Shown here piece by piece: positions 1 through 7,775 of a DNA stretch of 64,000 nucleotides. The DNA is from Deltaproteobacteria bacterium (lineage in GTDB: Bacteria > UBA10199 > JACPAL01 > JAHFST01): positions 168,482-232,481 of the forward strand of contig JAHFST010000003.1 of the NCBI GenBank assembly GCA_023265625.1, read 5' to 3'. The notes under the pieces are model-generated. The model was not told the origin of the DNA. It ran no database searches and saw only the letters and a program-made list of their open reading frames with translations. Position 1 is the first letter of the stretch. Every line of letters begins with the position of its first letter. The position numbers were made by a program, and so were the translations under genes.

Positions 1-2
1 TC

Positions 3-878
3 CCGCGCGTGACCCGATCCGAAAACGAGTTATTGGGCGCCCTCCGGGCATTGTGGCAACGGATTGGTTTCGCCCAGAACTTTACGCCCCGTTTAGAGCA
101 GATGATTGCGAAGAATGTGGGATTGCCCTGTGCGATTCAGCTCGATCGACTCATGACGACGGAGATAGGCGAGTTGATGGCGGGAGGGGCTGCGGAAGGG
201 GCCTATCTACTGATTGGCTTGACGCCGATGAGTCAGAAGGTTTTTGCGGAGGTGGATCTTTATTTGGCCCACAGTTTGGTAGATCGCCTGCTCGGAGGGA
301 CGGGGGAGGCAAGCGGAGGTTTTGCGTCGCTGACCGAAGTCGAATCGGGCGTGCTCTCTTATTTAATCCTCAAGATTTTATCCCAACTGCACGAGGCGGG
401 GGGGAGTGAGAAGCGACTCCATTTTCGTTTGGAAGAGGTGGCGCGCACTTGGCGCGGTTGGGAAAAATTCATGACGCCGGGGGAGCGGGCCGTTGCCCTT
501 ATTTTGAGTGTGGTGATTGGGCCGAAACGCGGGTATGTTAAATTGCTGTTGCCCCAGGCCCTTATTCAAAAAGGTTTTATTGAGGCTTTTAGCGGCTTGA
601 AGGCCCCGGAGTCGCCCGAGGCGGGGGGCGATTGGGTGGAACGTTTTGGTTGGGTGCAGACGCGGCTTTGGGGTGAGGTGGGGCGGACGACCTTATCGGG
701 AAAAGAATTGCGCGGGTTGGCAAAGGGCGATGTCCTGCTGCTGGATAAGACCGAGGCTTTTTTGCAGGAAGAACAATTGTCCGGAAATCTTGTCTTACAT
801 GCGGATCGCGGCCAGCAGTCCTGGAGAGGTAAAATTATTTCGGTGGGCAAACATATTGAGGTATCTTTATGTCCGTGA
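3..878 (+). CDS. fliM: Flagellar motor switch protein FliM-like, 5' partial (window starts inside the gene; the listed GTG at 9 is probably internal)
   Basis: Contains the FliM signature ...AHSLVDRLLGGTGE... (cf. E. coli FliM AFAMVDRLLGGSG) and a C-terminal SpoA-like segment LSGKELRGLAKGDVLLLDK; sits directly upstream of fliN-fliO-fliP-fliQ-fliR. Confidence 0.65.
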   Translation, partial: PRVTRSENELLGALRALWQRIGFAQNFTPRLEQMIAKNVGLPCAIQLDRLMTTEIGELMAGGAAEGAYLLIGLTPMSQKVFAEVDLYLAHSLVDRLLGGTGEASGGFASLTEVESGVLSYLILKILSQLHEAGGSEKRLHFRLEEVARTWRGWEKFMTPGERAVALILSVVIGPKRGYVKLLLPQALIQKGFIEAFSGLKAPESPEAGGDWVERFGWVQTRLWGEVGRTTLSGKELRGLAKGDVLLLDKTEAFLQEEQLSGNLVLHADRGQQSWRGKIISVGKHIEVSLCP

Positions 879-1282
879 ATGAAAAAGACCCTTACTTAGA
901 AGAATTGGATTCCATGACGGCCTTCGATGAACCGACTAAAGTCGATTTGATGCCCGCGAAGCCGATAGAGGAGCCCATGGAAGAACCTTTGGCGGTGGAT
1001 CAAATCGTCCCTCCGGAACCGGTCTTGCCTAAAAAGGAACGTCGTTCCAAAAAATTGGTCGAGGAGTTTACCGCGGATGTCCCTTTGCAAGTGGTGGCTG
1101 TGTTGGGGAGTCGGGAGTTAACACTTCAGCAGTTGGCCTCGTTGCAAACAGGCGAGGTGATGGAATTGGGTTGTGCCCCCAACCAGATTATCGATTTGAC
1201 GGTGAATAGTCGTACCGTGGCGCGGGGCGAATTGGTGGAAATTGAAGGCAAGCTTGGGGTCAGAATCCTGAAGGTCATCTAA
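869..1282 (+). CDS. fliN: Flagellar motor switch FliN / SpoA-domain protein
   Basis: C-terminal SpoA domain VPLQVVAVLGSRELTLQQLASLQTGEVMELG...GELVEIEGKLGVRILKV; 137 aa; 10-nt overlap with fliM. Confidence 0.75.
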   Translation: MSVNEKDPYLEELDSMTAFDEPTKVDLMPAKPIEEPMEEPLAVDQIVPPEPVLPKKERRSKKLVEEFTADVPLQVVAVLGSRELTLQQLASLQTGEVMELGCAPNQIIDLTVNSRTVARGELVEIEGKLGVRILKVI

Positions 1283-1288
1283 GGGGCT

Positions 1289-1591
1289 TTGCTTATGACA
1301 GCGACGACACCGGATTTTTTATGGTTGTTCATCCGGATGGTTATTGGATTGGTTGTTGTCCTGGGGCTGGCGCTCTTGCTGATTCGTTATGTGTTGCCCA
1401 AGGCTCGTTGGGGCAAGAATAGCAAAACAGGCTGGGCTGGGGTGATCGGGCGCGTCATGCTGGAGCCGCGCAAAGGGCTCTACCTGGTGAAGATTGTCGG
1501 GCGCTATTTTGTCTTGGGTTCCACCGATCAAAATCTTTCTTTGATTTCAGAATTGACCCAGGAAGAAGGGGAAAAAATTGAGAATACGTAA
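1289..1591 (+). CDS. FliO-like small single-pass membrane protein
   Basis: 100 aa, one hydrophobic segment (LWLFIRMVIGLVVVLGLALLLI), lies between fliN and fliP as in flagellar operons. Confidence 0.4.
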   Translation: MLMTATTPDFLWLFIRMVIGLVVVLGLALLLIRYVLPKARWGKNSKTGWAGVIGRVMLEPRKGLYLVKIVGRYFVLGSTDQNLSLISELTQEEGEKIENT

Positions 1592-2351
1592 TGGGTTGAT
1601 CGCCTGCTTTCTGTTAGCGACCCACACCGCATGGGCGCAGTCGGTCAATGTCCCGGGGCTGACGGGCATGACGGGGGAACAGGCGGTGTCGCGTCCCTTG
1701 TTGTTGCTCCTCATCTTGGCCTCACTCTCGTTGCTTCCCTTTATCATCATGATGACCACGGCCTTTGTGAAGGTGGCGGTGGTGTTGGCGATGGTGCGCA
1801 ATGCGATCGGGACCCAACAAATTCCGCCTAACCCCATCATCACGGGACTGGCCATGATTTTGACGATTTACATCATGATCCCGGTGGGCCTGGATATTTA
1901 TCGCTCGGCCGGCCAGACGATCAACCAGGGGAGCAGCCAGCCGGTCTTGTCTCAGGTGACGGTCAATCTGATGTTGGAGGCCGCCAAACAAGCACGCGAA
2001 CCGGTCCGGGCCTTTTTGGAAAAAAACGGCCATGCCAAGGAAAAGGCGCTATTCTTTAATTTGGCGAAGAAGATGCGTCATGAGGAAGACCGGGAGCAGG
2101 TGCAAGAAAACGATTTTACCATCCTGATTCCGGCCTTCGTGATTTCGGAACTCAAGGAGGCCTTTCAGATTGGGTTCATTCTCTTTTTGCCCTTTCTCGT
2201 GATCGATATTGTGGTGACCAATATCTTGCTCGCCCTCGGGATGTTTCAAATTTCGCCGATCACGATCTCATTGCCGTTTAAATTGTTGTTGTTTGTCTTG
2301 GTGGATGGGTGGCATTTGATCGCCAAGGGATTGATATTGGGGTACATCTGA
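1578..2351 (+). CDS. fliP: Flagellar/T3SS export gate protein FliP (SctR family)
   Basis: Signal peptide plus LSLLPFIIMMTTAFVKVAVVLAMVRNAIGTQQIPPNPIITGLAMILTIYIM, which matches the FliP/YscR core. Confidence 0.9.
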   Translation: MRIRNGLIACFLLATHTAWAQSVNVPGLTGMTGEQAVSRPLLLLLILASLSLLPFIIMMTTAFVKVAVVLAMVRNAIGTQQIPPNPIITGLAMILTIYIMIPVGLDIYRSAGQTINQGSSQPVLSQVTVNLMLEAAKQAREPVRAFLEKNGHAKEKALFFNLAKKMRHEEDREQVQENDFTILIPAFVISELKEAFQIGFILFLPFLVIDIVVTNILLALGMFQISPITISLPFKLLLFVLVDGWHLIAKGLILGYI

Positions 2352-2355
2352 TTTT

Positions 2356-2383
2356 GTAGGGGCGTATTGCGATACGCCCCTAC
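2356..2383. repeat. REP family 1 palindrome GTAGGGGCGTATTGCGATACGCCCCTAC (fliP-fliQ intergenic)
   Basis: Perfect 11-bp stem; the same unit recurs at 3494, 21181, 57657 with variant loops. Confidence 0.8.
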
Positions 2384-2398
2384 AGGGGATCAAAATTT

Positions 2399-2665
2399 AT
2401 GGAAGCCTATTTAGTCTCAATCGCCAAACAGGCCCTCTACCTAACGCTGATCCTGAGCGCTCCTCCGGTGGTGGCCTCGATGACTGTCGGGTTGATGGTC
2501 AGTTTATTTCAAGCCACGACCCAGGTTCAGGAGCAGACGCTGACTTTTGTACCAAAACTTGTTGCCGTGATCGTGACCTTGGCCCTGTTGGGACCGTGGG
2601 TGATGATTCAGATGGTGAATTTTACCAACTCGCTGTTTGATTCGTTTCCGTTGTACGTGAAATAA
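2399..2665 (+). CDS. fliQ: Export gate protein FliQ (SctS family)
   Basis: 88 aa, two TM helices, LYLTLILSAPPVVASMTVGLMVSLFQATTQVQEQTLTFVPKL typical of FliQ/YscS. Confidence 0.85.
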   Translation: MEAYLVSIAKQALYLTLILSAPPVVASMTVGLMVSLFQATTQVQEQTLTFVPKLVAVIVTLALLGPWVMIQMVNFTNSLFDSFPLYVK

Positions 2666-2675
2666 TCACACAACC

Positions 2676-3497
2676 ATGCAACAAACCCTTGCTTCAATTG
2701 GCATCAACATTGACTGGTCCTTCAGCCTGACGGTGGGGGGCTTGATCATGACCCGTCTGGTCTTGATGGTGGCCACGATGCCATTTTTAGTCGGGAAGCC
2801 CGTCCCGGCACAGGTCAAGATGGGACTGATACTCGCCCTGTTGCTTTTTTTATACCCTTATCTCGCCCCGGAAAACAAAGCGGCCCTGCCTCGTGAGCCG
2901 CTCACTCTTTTTATGCTGTTTCTCAAGGAGGCCGGCATCGGTTTGACGATTGGCATGGCCGCCGCCATTGTGTTTCACGGCTTTCAGGCGGCGGGGAGCG
3001 TGGTGGACAACCAACGCGGGGCGGCCCAGGCCCGTCTGCTGATCCCGTCCTTGGGCGAGCAGGCCTCCATCTTTGGTAATTTTGAATATCAGTTGGGGTT
3101 GGTGGTGTTTCTTTGTCTGGATGGCCATGTGATGTTTTTGAAGGCCATCATCGATAGCTATGATTATTTGCCGCTGCTCAGTTTTCCCGCGGGACGGACG
3201 GATATGATCGACATGGTGGGCTTTTTTATCCAGTTGACCGGTCAGGTTTTGCTGCTGTCCGTGCAATTGGCGGCCCCGGTCCTAATCTCCATTTTTATTG
3301 CGGACATGGTGTTGGGGATCGTGAGTAAGACGGCCCCCTCGGTGAATGTCTGGGAATTGAGCTTTGCGGTCAAGGGCGTGGTGGGGGTTTTGGTGGTGTT
3401 TCTCTCGATCGGTTTGATCGTGACCCAGATGGAAAAATTGTCGTTGGGGATGGTGACGGATGTAACGCGGCTTTTGCGGTTGATCGCAACGCCGTAG
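2676..3497 (+). CDS. fliR: Export gate protein FliR (SctT family)
   Basis: 273 aa polytopic membrane protein; position after fliQ; FliR-like hydrophobic profile. Confidence 0.8.
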   Translation: MQQTLASIGINIDWSFSLTVGGLIMTRLVLMVATMPFLVGKPVPAQVKMGLILALLLFLYPYLAPENKAALPREPLTLFMLFLKEAGIGLTIGMAAAIVFHGFQAAGSVVDNQRGAAQARLLIPSLGEQASIFGNFEYQLGLVVFLCLDGHVMFLKAIIDSYDYLPLLSFPAGRTDMIDMVGFFIQLTGQVLLLSVQLAAPVLISIFIADMVLGIVSKTAPSVNVWELSFAVKGVVGVLVVFLSIGLIVTQMEKLSLGMVTDVTRLLRLIATP

Positions 3498-3521
3498 GGG
3501 CGTATTGCAATACGCCCCTAC
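3494..3521. repeat. REP family 1 palindrome GTAGGGGCGTATTGCAATACGCCCCTAC; its TAG is the fliR stop codon
   Basis: Sequence directly visible; overlaps the fliR stop at 3495-3497. Confidence 0.8.
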
Positions 3522-3530
3522 AGGACCGGC

Positions 3531-5288
3531 GTGACTTCCCTTTTATTTTGTTTTACATCCCTCCCTATGTTTCCACCACAAGCGCGTGAAAATTGGCGTC
3601 CCATTTTGTTGCTGTTTCTCATCTGTCTCCTGACGCGTCTCCCCAGTCTTTACACACCGATCATCGACATCGATGAGTCCATCTTTGCGATCTGTGGCGA
3701 AACGATTCGGCAAGGGGGCAAGCTCTACCTGGATTGCGCGGATCACCAGCCTCCGGGGATCTATTGGATGTTCGGGACGATTTTTTCCCTGTTTGGCGCC
3801 AACAATATGTTGGCCGTGCATGCGTTGACCCTCTTGATCGTTTTCTTCACGGCCTTGGCGTTGTGGTGGATTTTGGGGGGGCGCGCCGGATTTTGGTCAG
3901 CCCTGTTTTACGTCTTGTTCAGCACCACCCATATCCCAAAATATATCTCGACTAATATTGAGATCATCGCGAATCTTCCGTTGGTGTTGGCATTTGGCCT
4001 CGTCTTGCAGGTGCGTCCTAAATGGATGGATCTCCGTCATCTCTTGGCCGGCGCCTTGGCGGCGGTGGCCGTGCTGTTAAAATATCAGGTGCTCATCTTA
4101 TTGGGCCCCGTTGTGTTATTTCTCCTCATGACCCCGCGCCGTTTTTTCCTGCTCCTCACGGGCGGCGTGTTGGCGACGGGCGGGGCGATGCTCCTGTTGC
4201 ATTGGAACGGCACCCTCACGGCCTTCTACACCGAGACGCTGGTGCGCGGCTGGAACTACGCCACCCTGGGCGGGGCGACCATCTCCTTTTGGAAAAATTT
4301 GGTCACACGGATGGGGTTGACGGTGGGATTTTTCTCGTGGCTCTGGTGGTTTGCCGGACGGGGGATTGTTGACGGTTTCCGTGCCTGCCCGGAATGGGCG
4401 GCCACGGGGGGCCGCCCCTACAGGCCCTGGATCATTCTCCTGTGGCTGCTCGGAAGTTTTCTCGCGGTCCTGGCCGGGGCGCGTTTTTATCCGCACTATT
4501 TTATCTTGATGTTGCCGCCGCTGTGTTTGTTGGCGGGGGCACCAGCGGCCCATTTTTGGCGTCGCAGTGAAGCCCCGCCTGTAACGGCAGAGGTGATCCC
4601 TGGAGGGACCGAGGACCTGTCCGACGTAGCCATTGGTAAATCAATTTTCTCCCGAGGGAGCGGGGGCAGGGGCCCTGCGACCGGAGGGTCATGGAGACAG
4701 TGGGGCGAGGAGTTCCGCAGGGCCCGGAAGGGATTACCTCTGCCGTTACACTCGGCTTACTTTTTGATGTTGATCTTATGGGGGGTATTTTTTTTGCTAC
4801 CTAGAGTAAATTTTCAACGCAGCTATCAATGGTTCTACCAAAATCACGCCAACCTCGATGCCGGTACGGAGCCCATGTTGCATGAAGATGTCTATCGGTC
4901 TGTTGGGGAGTATATCGAGCAGCATTCGGTTCCCAGTGATCGCATCGTCGTCTGGGGTTTTTCGACCCCGATCTACTTTTTTGCCAACCGACTTTCCGCC
5001 TCACGCGAGATCTGGTCCGATGACCTGACCGGCCGTGTCCCCGGTTCGCCCCGGGCCTGGCAGGCTGATTTTGACACCACCCCCTACATCCGCCCAGGCA
5101 GCTGGCAAAGCTTCCTCCAAGAGTTGCAACAAAACCGCCCCCTCTGGTTCGTCGATACCGCCACCGCCAGCCTCAATTACTACGGCAAATACCCCATCCA
5201 AAAATACCCCCCCCTGTGGGAGTTTCTGCAGGCACACTACGCCCCAGAGCTCACTATCTCTGGTGTGCAGCTGTATCGGTTAAAATAA
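3531..5288 (+). CDS. GT-C family membrane glycosyltransferase (ArnT/PMT-like, GT39/GT83-type)
   Basis: Many TM helices; N-terminal DIDESIFAICGETIRQGGKLY...DHQPPGIYWMFG resembles the ArnT/PMT_2 catalytic loop; 585 aa. Confidence 0.55.
   Translation: MTSLLFCFTSLPMFPPQARENWRPILLLFLICLLTRLPSLYTPIIDIDESIFAICGETIRQGGKLYLDCADHQPPGIYWMFGTIFSLFGANNMLAVHALTLLIVFFTALALWWILGGRAGFWSALFYVLFSTTHIPKYISTNIEIIANLPLVLAFGLVLQVRPKWMDLRHLLAGALAAVAVLLKYQVLILLGPVVLFLLMTPRRFFLLLTGGVLATGGAMLLLHWNGTLTAFYTETLVRGWNYATLGGATISFWKNLVTRMGLTVGFFSWLWWFAGRGIVDGFRACPEWAATGGRPYRPWIILLWLLGSFLAVLAGARFYPHYFILMLPPLCLLAGAPAAHFWRRSEAPPVTAEVIPGGTEDLSDVAIGKSIFSRGSGGRGPATGGSWRQWGEEFRRARKGLPLPLHSAYFLMLILWGVFFLLPRVNFQRSYQWFYQNHANLDAGTEPMLHEDVYRSVGEYIEQHSVPSDRIVVWGFSTPIYFFANRLSASREIWSDDLTGRVPGSPRAWQADFDTTPYIRPGSWQSFLQELQQNRPLWFVDTATASLNYYGKYPIQKYPPLWEFLQAHYAPELTISGVQLYRLK
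4578..4750. mobile_element. MITE-like insertion with about 22-bp terminal inverted repeats, in-frame inside the glycosyltransferase gene
   Basis: Left end CCTGTAACGGCAGAGGTGATCCC (4578-4600); right end GGGATTACCTCTGCCGTTACA (4730-4750) is its reverse complement with one or two mismatches; internal GC-rich hairpins. Confidence 0.5.
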
Positions 5289-5329
5289 AGACTTGATTCA
5301 TAAAGGGTATTTTGATAACGCATTGAGTC

Positions 5330-6283
5330 ATGAGTGGTCTTCCCTGTAGCGCAATGCGTCATGTAGCCTTGGCCTTGGCTATCCCGAATGAGTTGCTAGG
5401 CGAGCTATCTGCGAGGCAAACTGCGGGTTGGGTGGGGGCGCGGTTGGGGCTTCTCGAGCGCCATATAGATGTCACCTCCATTCGCGCGAGGCTTGCTCAT
5501 TCGGAGGGACCTTGTCCCAATGCCATCTCCTGTCTGGCCGATTTGGTGAGTTCCCCGCATGCGCGGGAGGATCTTGAGGTATGGCAGGATCGATTACGAC
5601 AGGGGCAGGAATTTTTGGGAAGGCTCGGCTGTGAGGGATCAAAAATAGAGCAGGCCGCTTATTTCCGGGTGGTGCATGGGCATGTCGTGAAACGCCGTAT
5701 CGCCTTTGATTGGAGTCGTACTTTGGTAGATATCTCAAAGCCTTACACGGGAGTTCAGGGCTTGCTTATTGGCCTTTGGGCGACTCATTGCCTACTGTCT
5801 GTTTATTCCGATCATGGTGGCAGGAGTGGCCGTTTTGCGGAAGTGTTTGGAGAATATCCCGCTTTTCAGTTGGCGTTTCAAGTATTTACTCCAGACCTGA
5901 TTCCCCAGCGTGTCGACCCGAAGCACATTGAAGATTGTTCCGCGGTCATGCATTCGGATAAGAGAATGAAGTTAGTGATGGAGAGGGTTAGATCGAAGCT
6001 CGGTGACCTTGGTTCAATCGAAGGATTGCTCTTTGAAGCGAAGTTACCGCTTCTCGCAGCCCCCTTTGAAGTTTTGGTGGATGACTCTCTTGTACAGCAA
6101 CAAAGGCTTGAGAATGCCGGTTTTGGCCGGTGTTGTGTGGTGGTGGACCCACCTGTTAACATGGATTCCCCAGTCTCCCATGGATGTAACCTTTACGCCG
6201 CATTGGATCGTTATTTTTCAGGCCCTCCTCCAGTCATGACCCCCGCTGCACGGCGGTGGGTGCAACCGAACGCCACAAGCTGA
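5330..6283 (+). CDS. Hypothetical protein
   Basis: 317-aa ORF with no recognisable motif; coding status uncertain. Confidence 0.3.
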   Translation: MSGLPCSAMRHVALALAIPNELLGELSARQTAGWVGARLGLLERHIDVTSIRARLAHSEGPCPNAISCLADLVSSPHAREDLEVWQDRLRQGQEFLGRLGCEGSKIEQAAYFRVVHGHVVKRRIAFDWSRTLVDISKPYTGVQGLLIGLWATHCLLSVYSDHGGRSGRFAEVFGEYPAFQLAFQVFTPDLIPQRVDPKHIEDCSAVMHSDKRMKLVMERVRSKLGDLGSIEGLLFEAKLPLLAAPFEVLVDDSLVQQQRLENAGFGRCCVVVDPPVNMDSPVSHGCNLYAALDRYFSGPPPVMTPAARRWVQPNATS

Positions 6284-7067
6284 CCCACGCCGGCTCCTCT
6301 TGTGGCTCAAGGGCGGGTTCGTATCGGATCATCTTTTGCAATTTCCAACCCGCGGCGCTGGCCTCACGGGTAGCGATGTCCCACTCCTCCGACCAATGAT
6401 TGGTCATCAACATCCATCCACCAGTAGCCGTATTAGCAAAGACCTGGGCAAAAAGTTGGGCCGGTTGCAGGCAGGCGAGGGGTAATTGCCAGCGGAGCAG
6501 CGGTTCCGCGGTCACAAACGGATAGAGCATTGTGATGCCATCGCAGGGAAGTTTCTGTTGGAGATAATCTCCGGTCAGATAACGAAAGTGCGGCAGGTCA
6601 CGGAGATAAAATTGTGCATAGCTGGCCCGGGTGTGGCCATCTTGGTATAGTTGGTAGGCATCAATCTCCACCCCAGTCAATTGTTTGGGGTGTAAGAAGG
6701 CCTCCAGTACCTCAGCATAGACAAAATTCTTTGACCCCACATCCACGACAACTTGATTGGGTGTTGGCACCCAATGGGCACTGAATTGATCCAAGAGGTC
6801 GAGCAGGGTGTAGTTGTCCCGGGTGTTGGTCTCGTTAAAGCGCGAGGCAAAATCAATCCGGTATTTTTCCTGCAGTGTCGTGATCCGTTTTTTCTGGGCA
6901 GGGGAGAGAGAGGGCAGATTTTTGCTGGGTGTCTCGCGGTAGTTGTGCCGGCTGATGCGCAGCGCGTTGCGCAGTTTAAAAAACAGCGGATTGAGAATAC
7001 GGTGGAGCCAGAGATTGGGACCCATGTCTCTTCCATGACGGATCTGGTCTTTTTGCGCAATAGGCAA
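6234..7067 (-). CDS. Hypothetical protein, possibly a class I SAM-methyltransferase-like fold
   Basis: VVVDVGSKNF...LTGVEID loosely resembles MTase motif I plus the acidic post-I residue; weak. Confidence 0.35.
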   Translation of the reverse strand: MPIAQKDQIRHGRDMGPNLWLHRILNPLFFKLRNALRISRHNYRETPSKNLPSLSPAQKKRITTLQEKYRIDFASRFNETNTRDNYTLLDLLDQFSAHWVPTPNQVVVDVGSKNFVYAEVLEAFLHPKQLTGVEIDAYQLYQDGHTRASYAQFYLRDLPHFRYLTGDYLQQKLPCDGITMLYPFVTAEPLLRWQLPLACLQPAQLFAQVFANTATGGWMLMTNHWSEEWDIATREASAAGWKLQKMIRYEPALEPQEEPAWVSLWRSVAPTAVQRGS

Positions 7068-7111
7068 CCTTTCTGGCTGCTTGACGATGATGAGATTTAA
7101 AGGAAGCCGAT

Positions 7112-7660
7112 ATGATGATTGAACCCAATAGGCTCAGCTTTATCGAACATGTCTTGCGCAGAATGCCGCTACGAACCGACACACCTCTTGCGGATCGGTC
7201 ACCCAAATTGTTGGGTAGCCCACCGCAACCGGGTTATGCCGTCTCTCCACTGGCCTATGCGGCCTACATCAACTTACGGGGATTGGTGGGCATTCATGAT
7301 CTAAGTTCGTGGGCATCAATGCTCGTGAGGGTTCTGCATACCAAGAAGGGGATTCGACCGAATGATACCTTGGTCGAGACCGCCGGTCTGATTTTTTGTG
7401 GAGAAAGTGCCACGGGCAGTAAGATGACCAGCATGGTTCTGGGCCGGCAGGATATGGGCCCTTATCGCGAGGCTGATCTGCCCGAATTATTGGTCCTCGA
7501 ACCATTGGATGCCCCCTCCCTGGCAGGCCTTGCCGCGTTACAGGTACTGTATGCCGAATCAAACGACACCCCGCTGCAGCATACGAGATACGAATTAGTA
7601 GCAGGTCATTCCAGCCTATTTCGCCGTGTTTCTGTACCGGGTACATATGTAAATACCTGA
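7112..7660 (+). CDS. Hypothetical protein
   Basis: 182-aa ORF, no recognisable motif. Confidence 0.3.
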   Translation: MMIEPNRLSFIEHVLRRMPLRTDTPLADRSPKLLGSPPQPGYAVSPLAYAAYINLRGLVGIHDLSSWASMLVRVLHTKKGIRPNDTLVETAGLIFCGESATGSKMTSMVLGRQDMGPYREADLPELLVLEPLDAPSLAGLAALQVLYAESNDTPLQHTRYELVAGHSSLFRRVSVPGTYVNT

Positions 7661-7725
7661 TTTTAAAAGATAATTATAGTTATCTCATACATCTCCGGTA
7701 CCCTCTGAAAAATCTTGTAAAAATA

Positions 7726-7754
7726 CGCAACAATTACTAGGGATTGCCGATACT
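7726..7754 (+). promoter_or_regulatory. Sigma-28-like promoter, site A: CGCAACA-N14-CCGATACT, 21 nt upstream of the 7776 ATG
   Basis: Member of the eight-site motif family (see findings); spacer is 14 here, not 16. Confidence 0.45.
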
Positions 7755-7775
7755 CACTATACGAGGAATTGAGCT

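Noticed and set aside
1-3500. Interpreting the export cluster as an injectisome (sctQRST) rather than flagellar
   Set aside because: The FliM-specific VDRLLGG motif, the separate fliN, and a fliO-like gene between fliN and fliP fit flagellar organisation. An injectisome-type identity cannot be fully excluded without the upstream genes.
4116-4553. 145-aa minus-strand ORF inside the glycosyltransferase gene, plus other Arg/Pro-rich antisense ORFs in 3.5-5.3 kb
   Set aside because: Antisense to a well-supported membrane protein gene, with composition typical of GC-rich off-frame translation.
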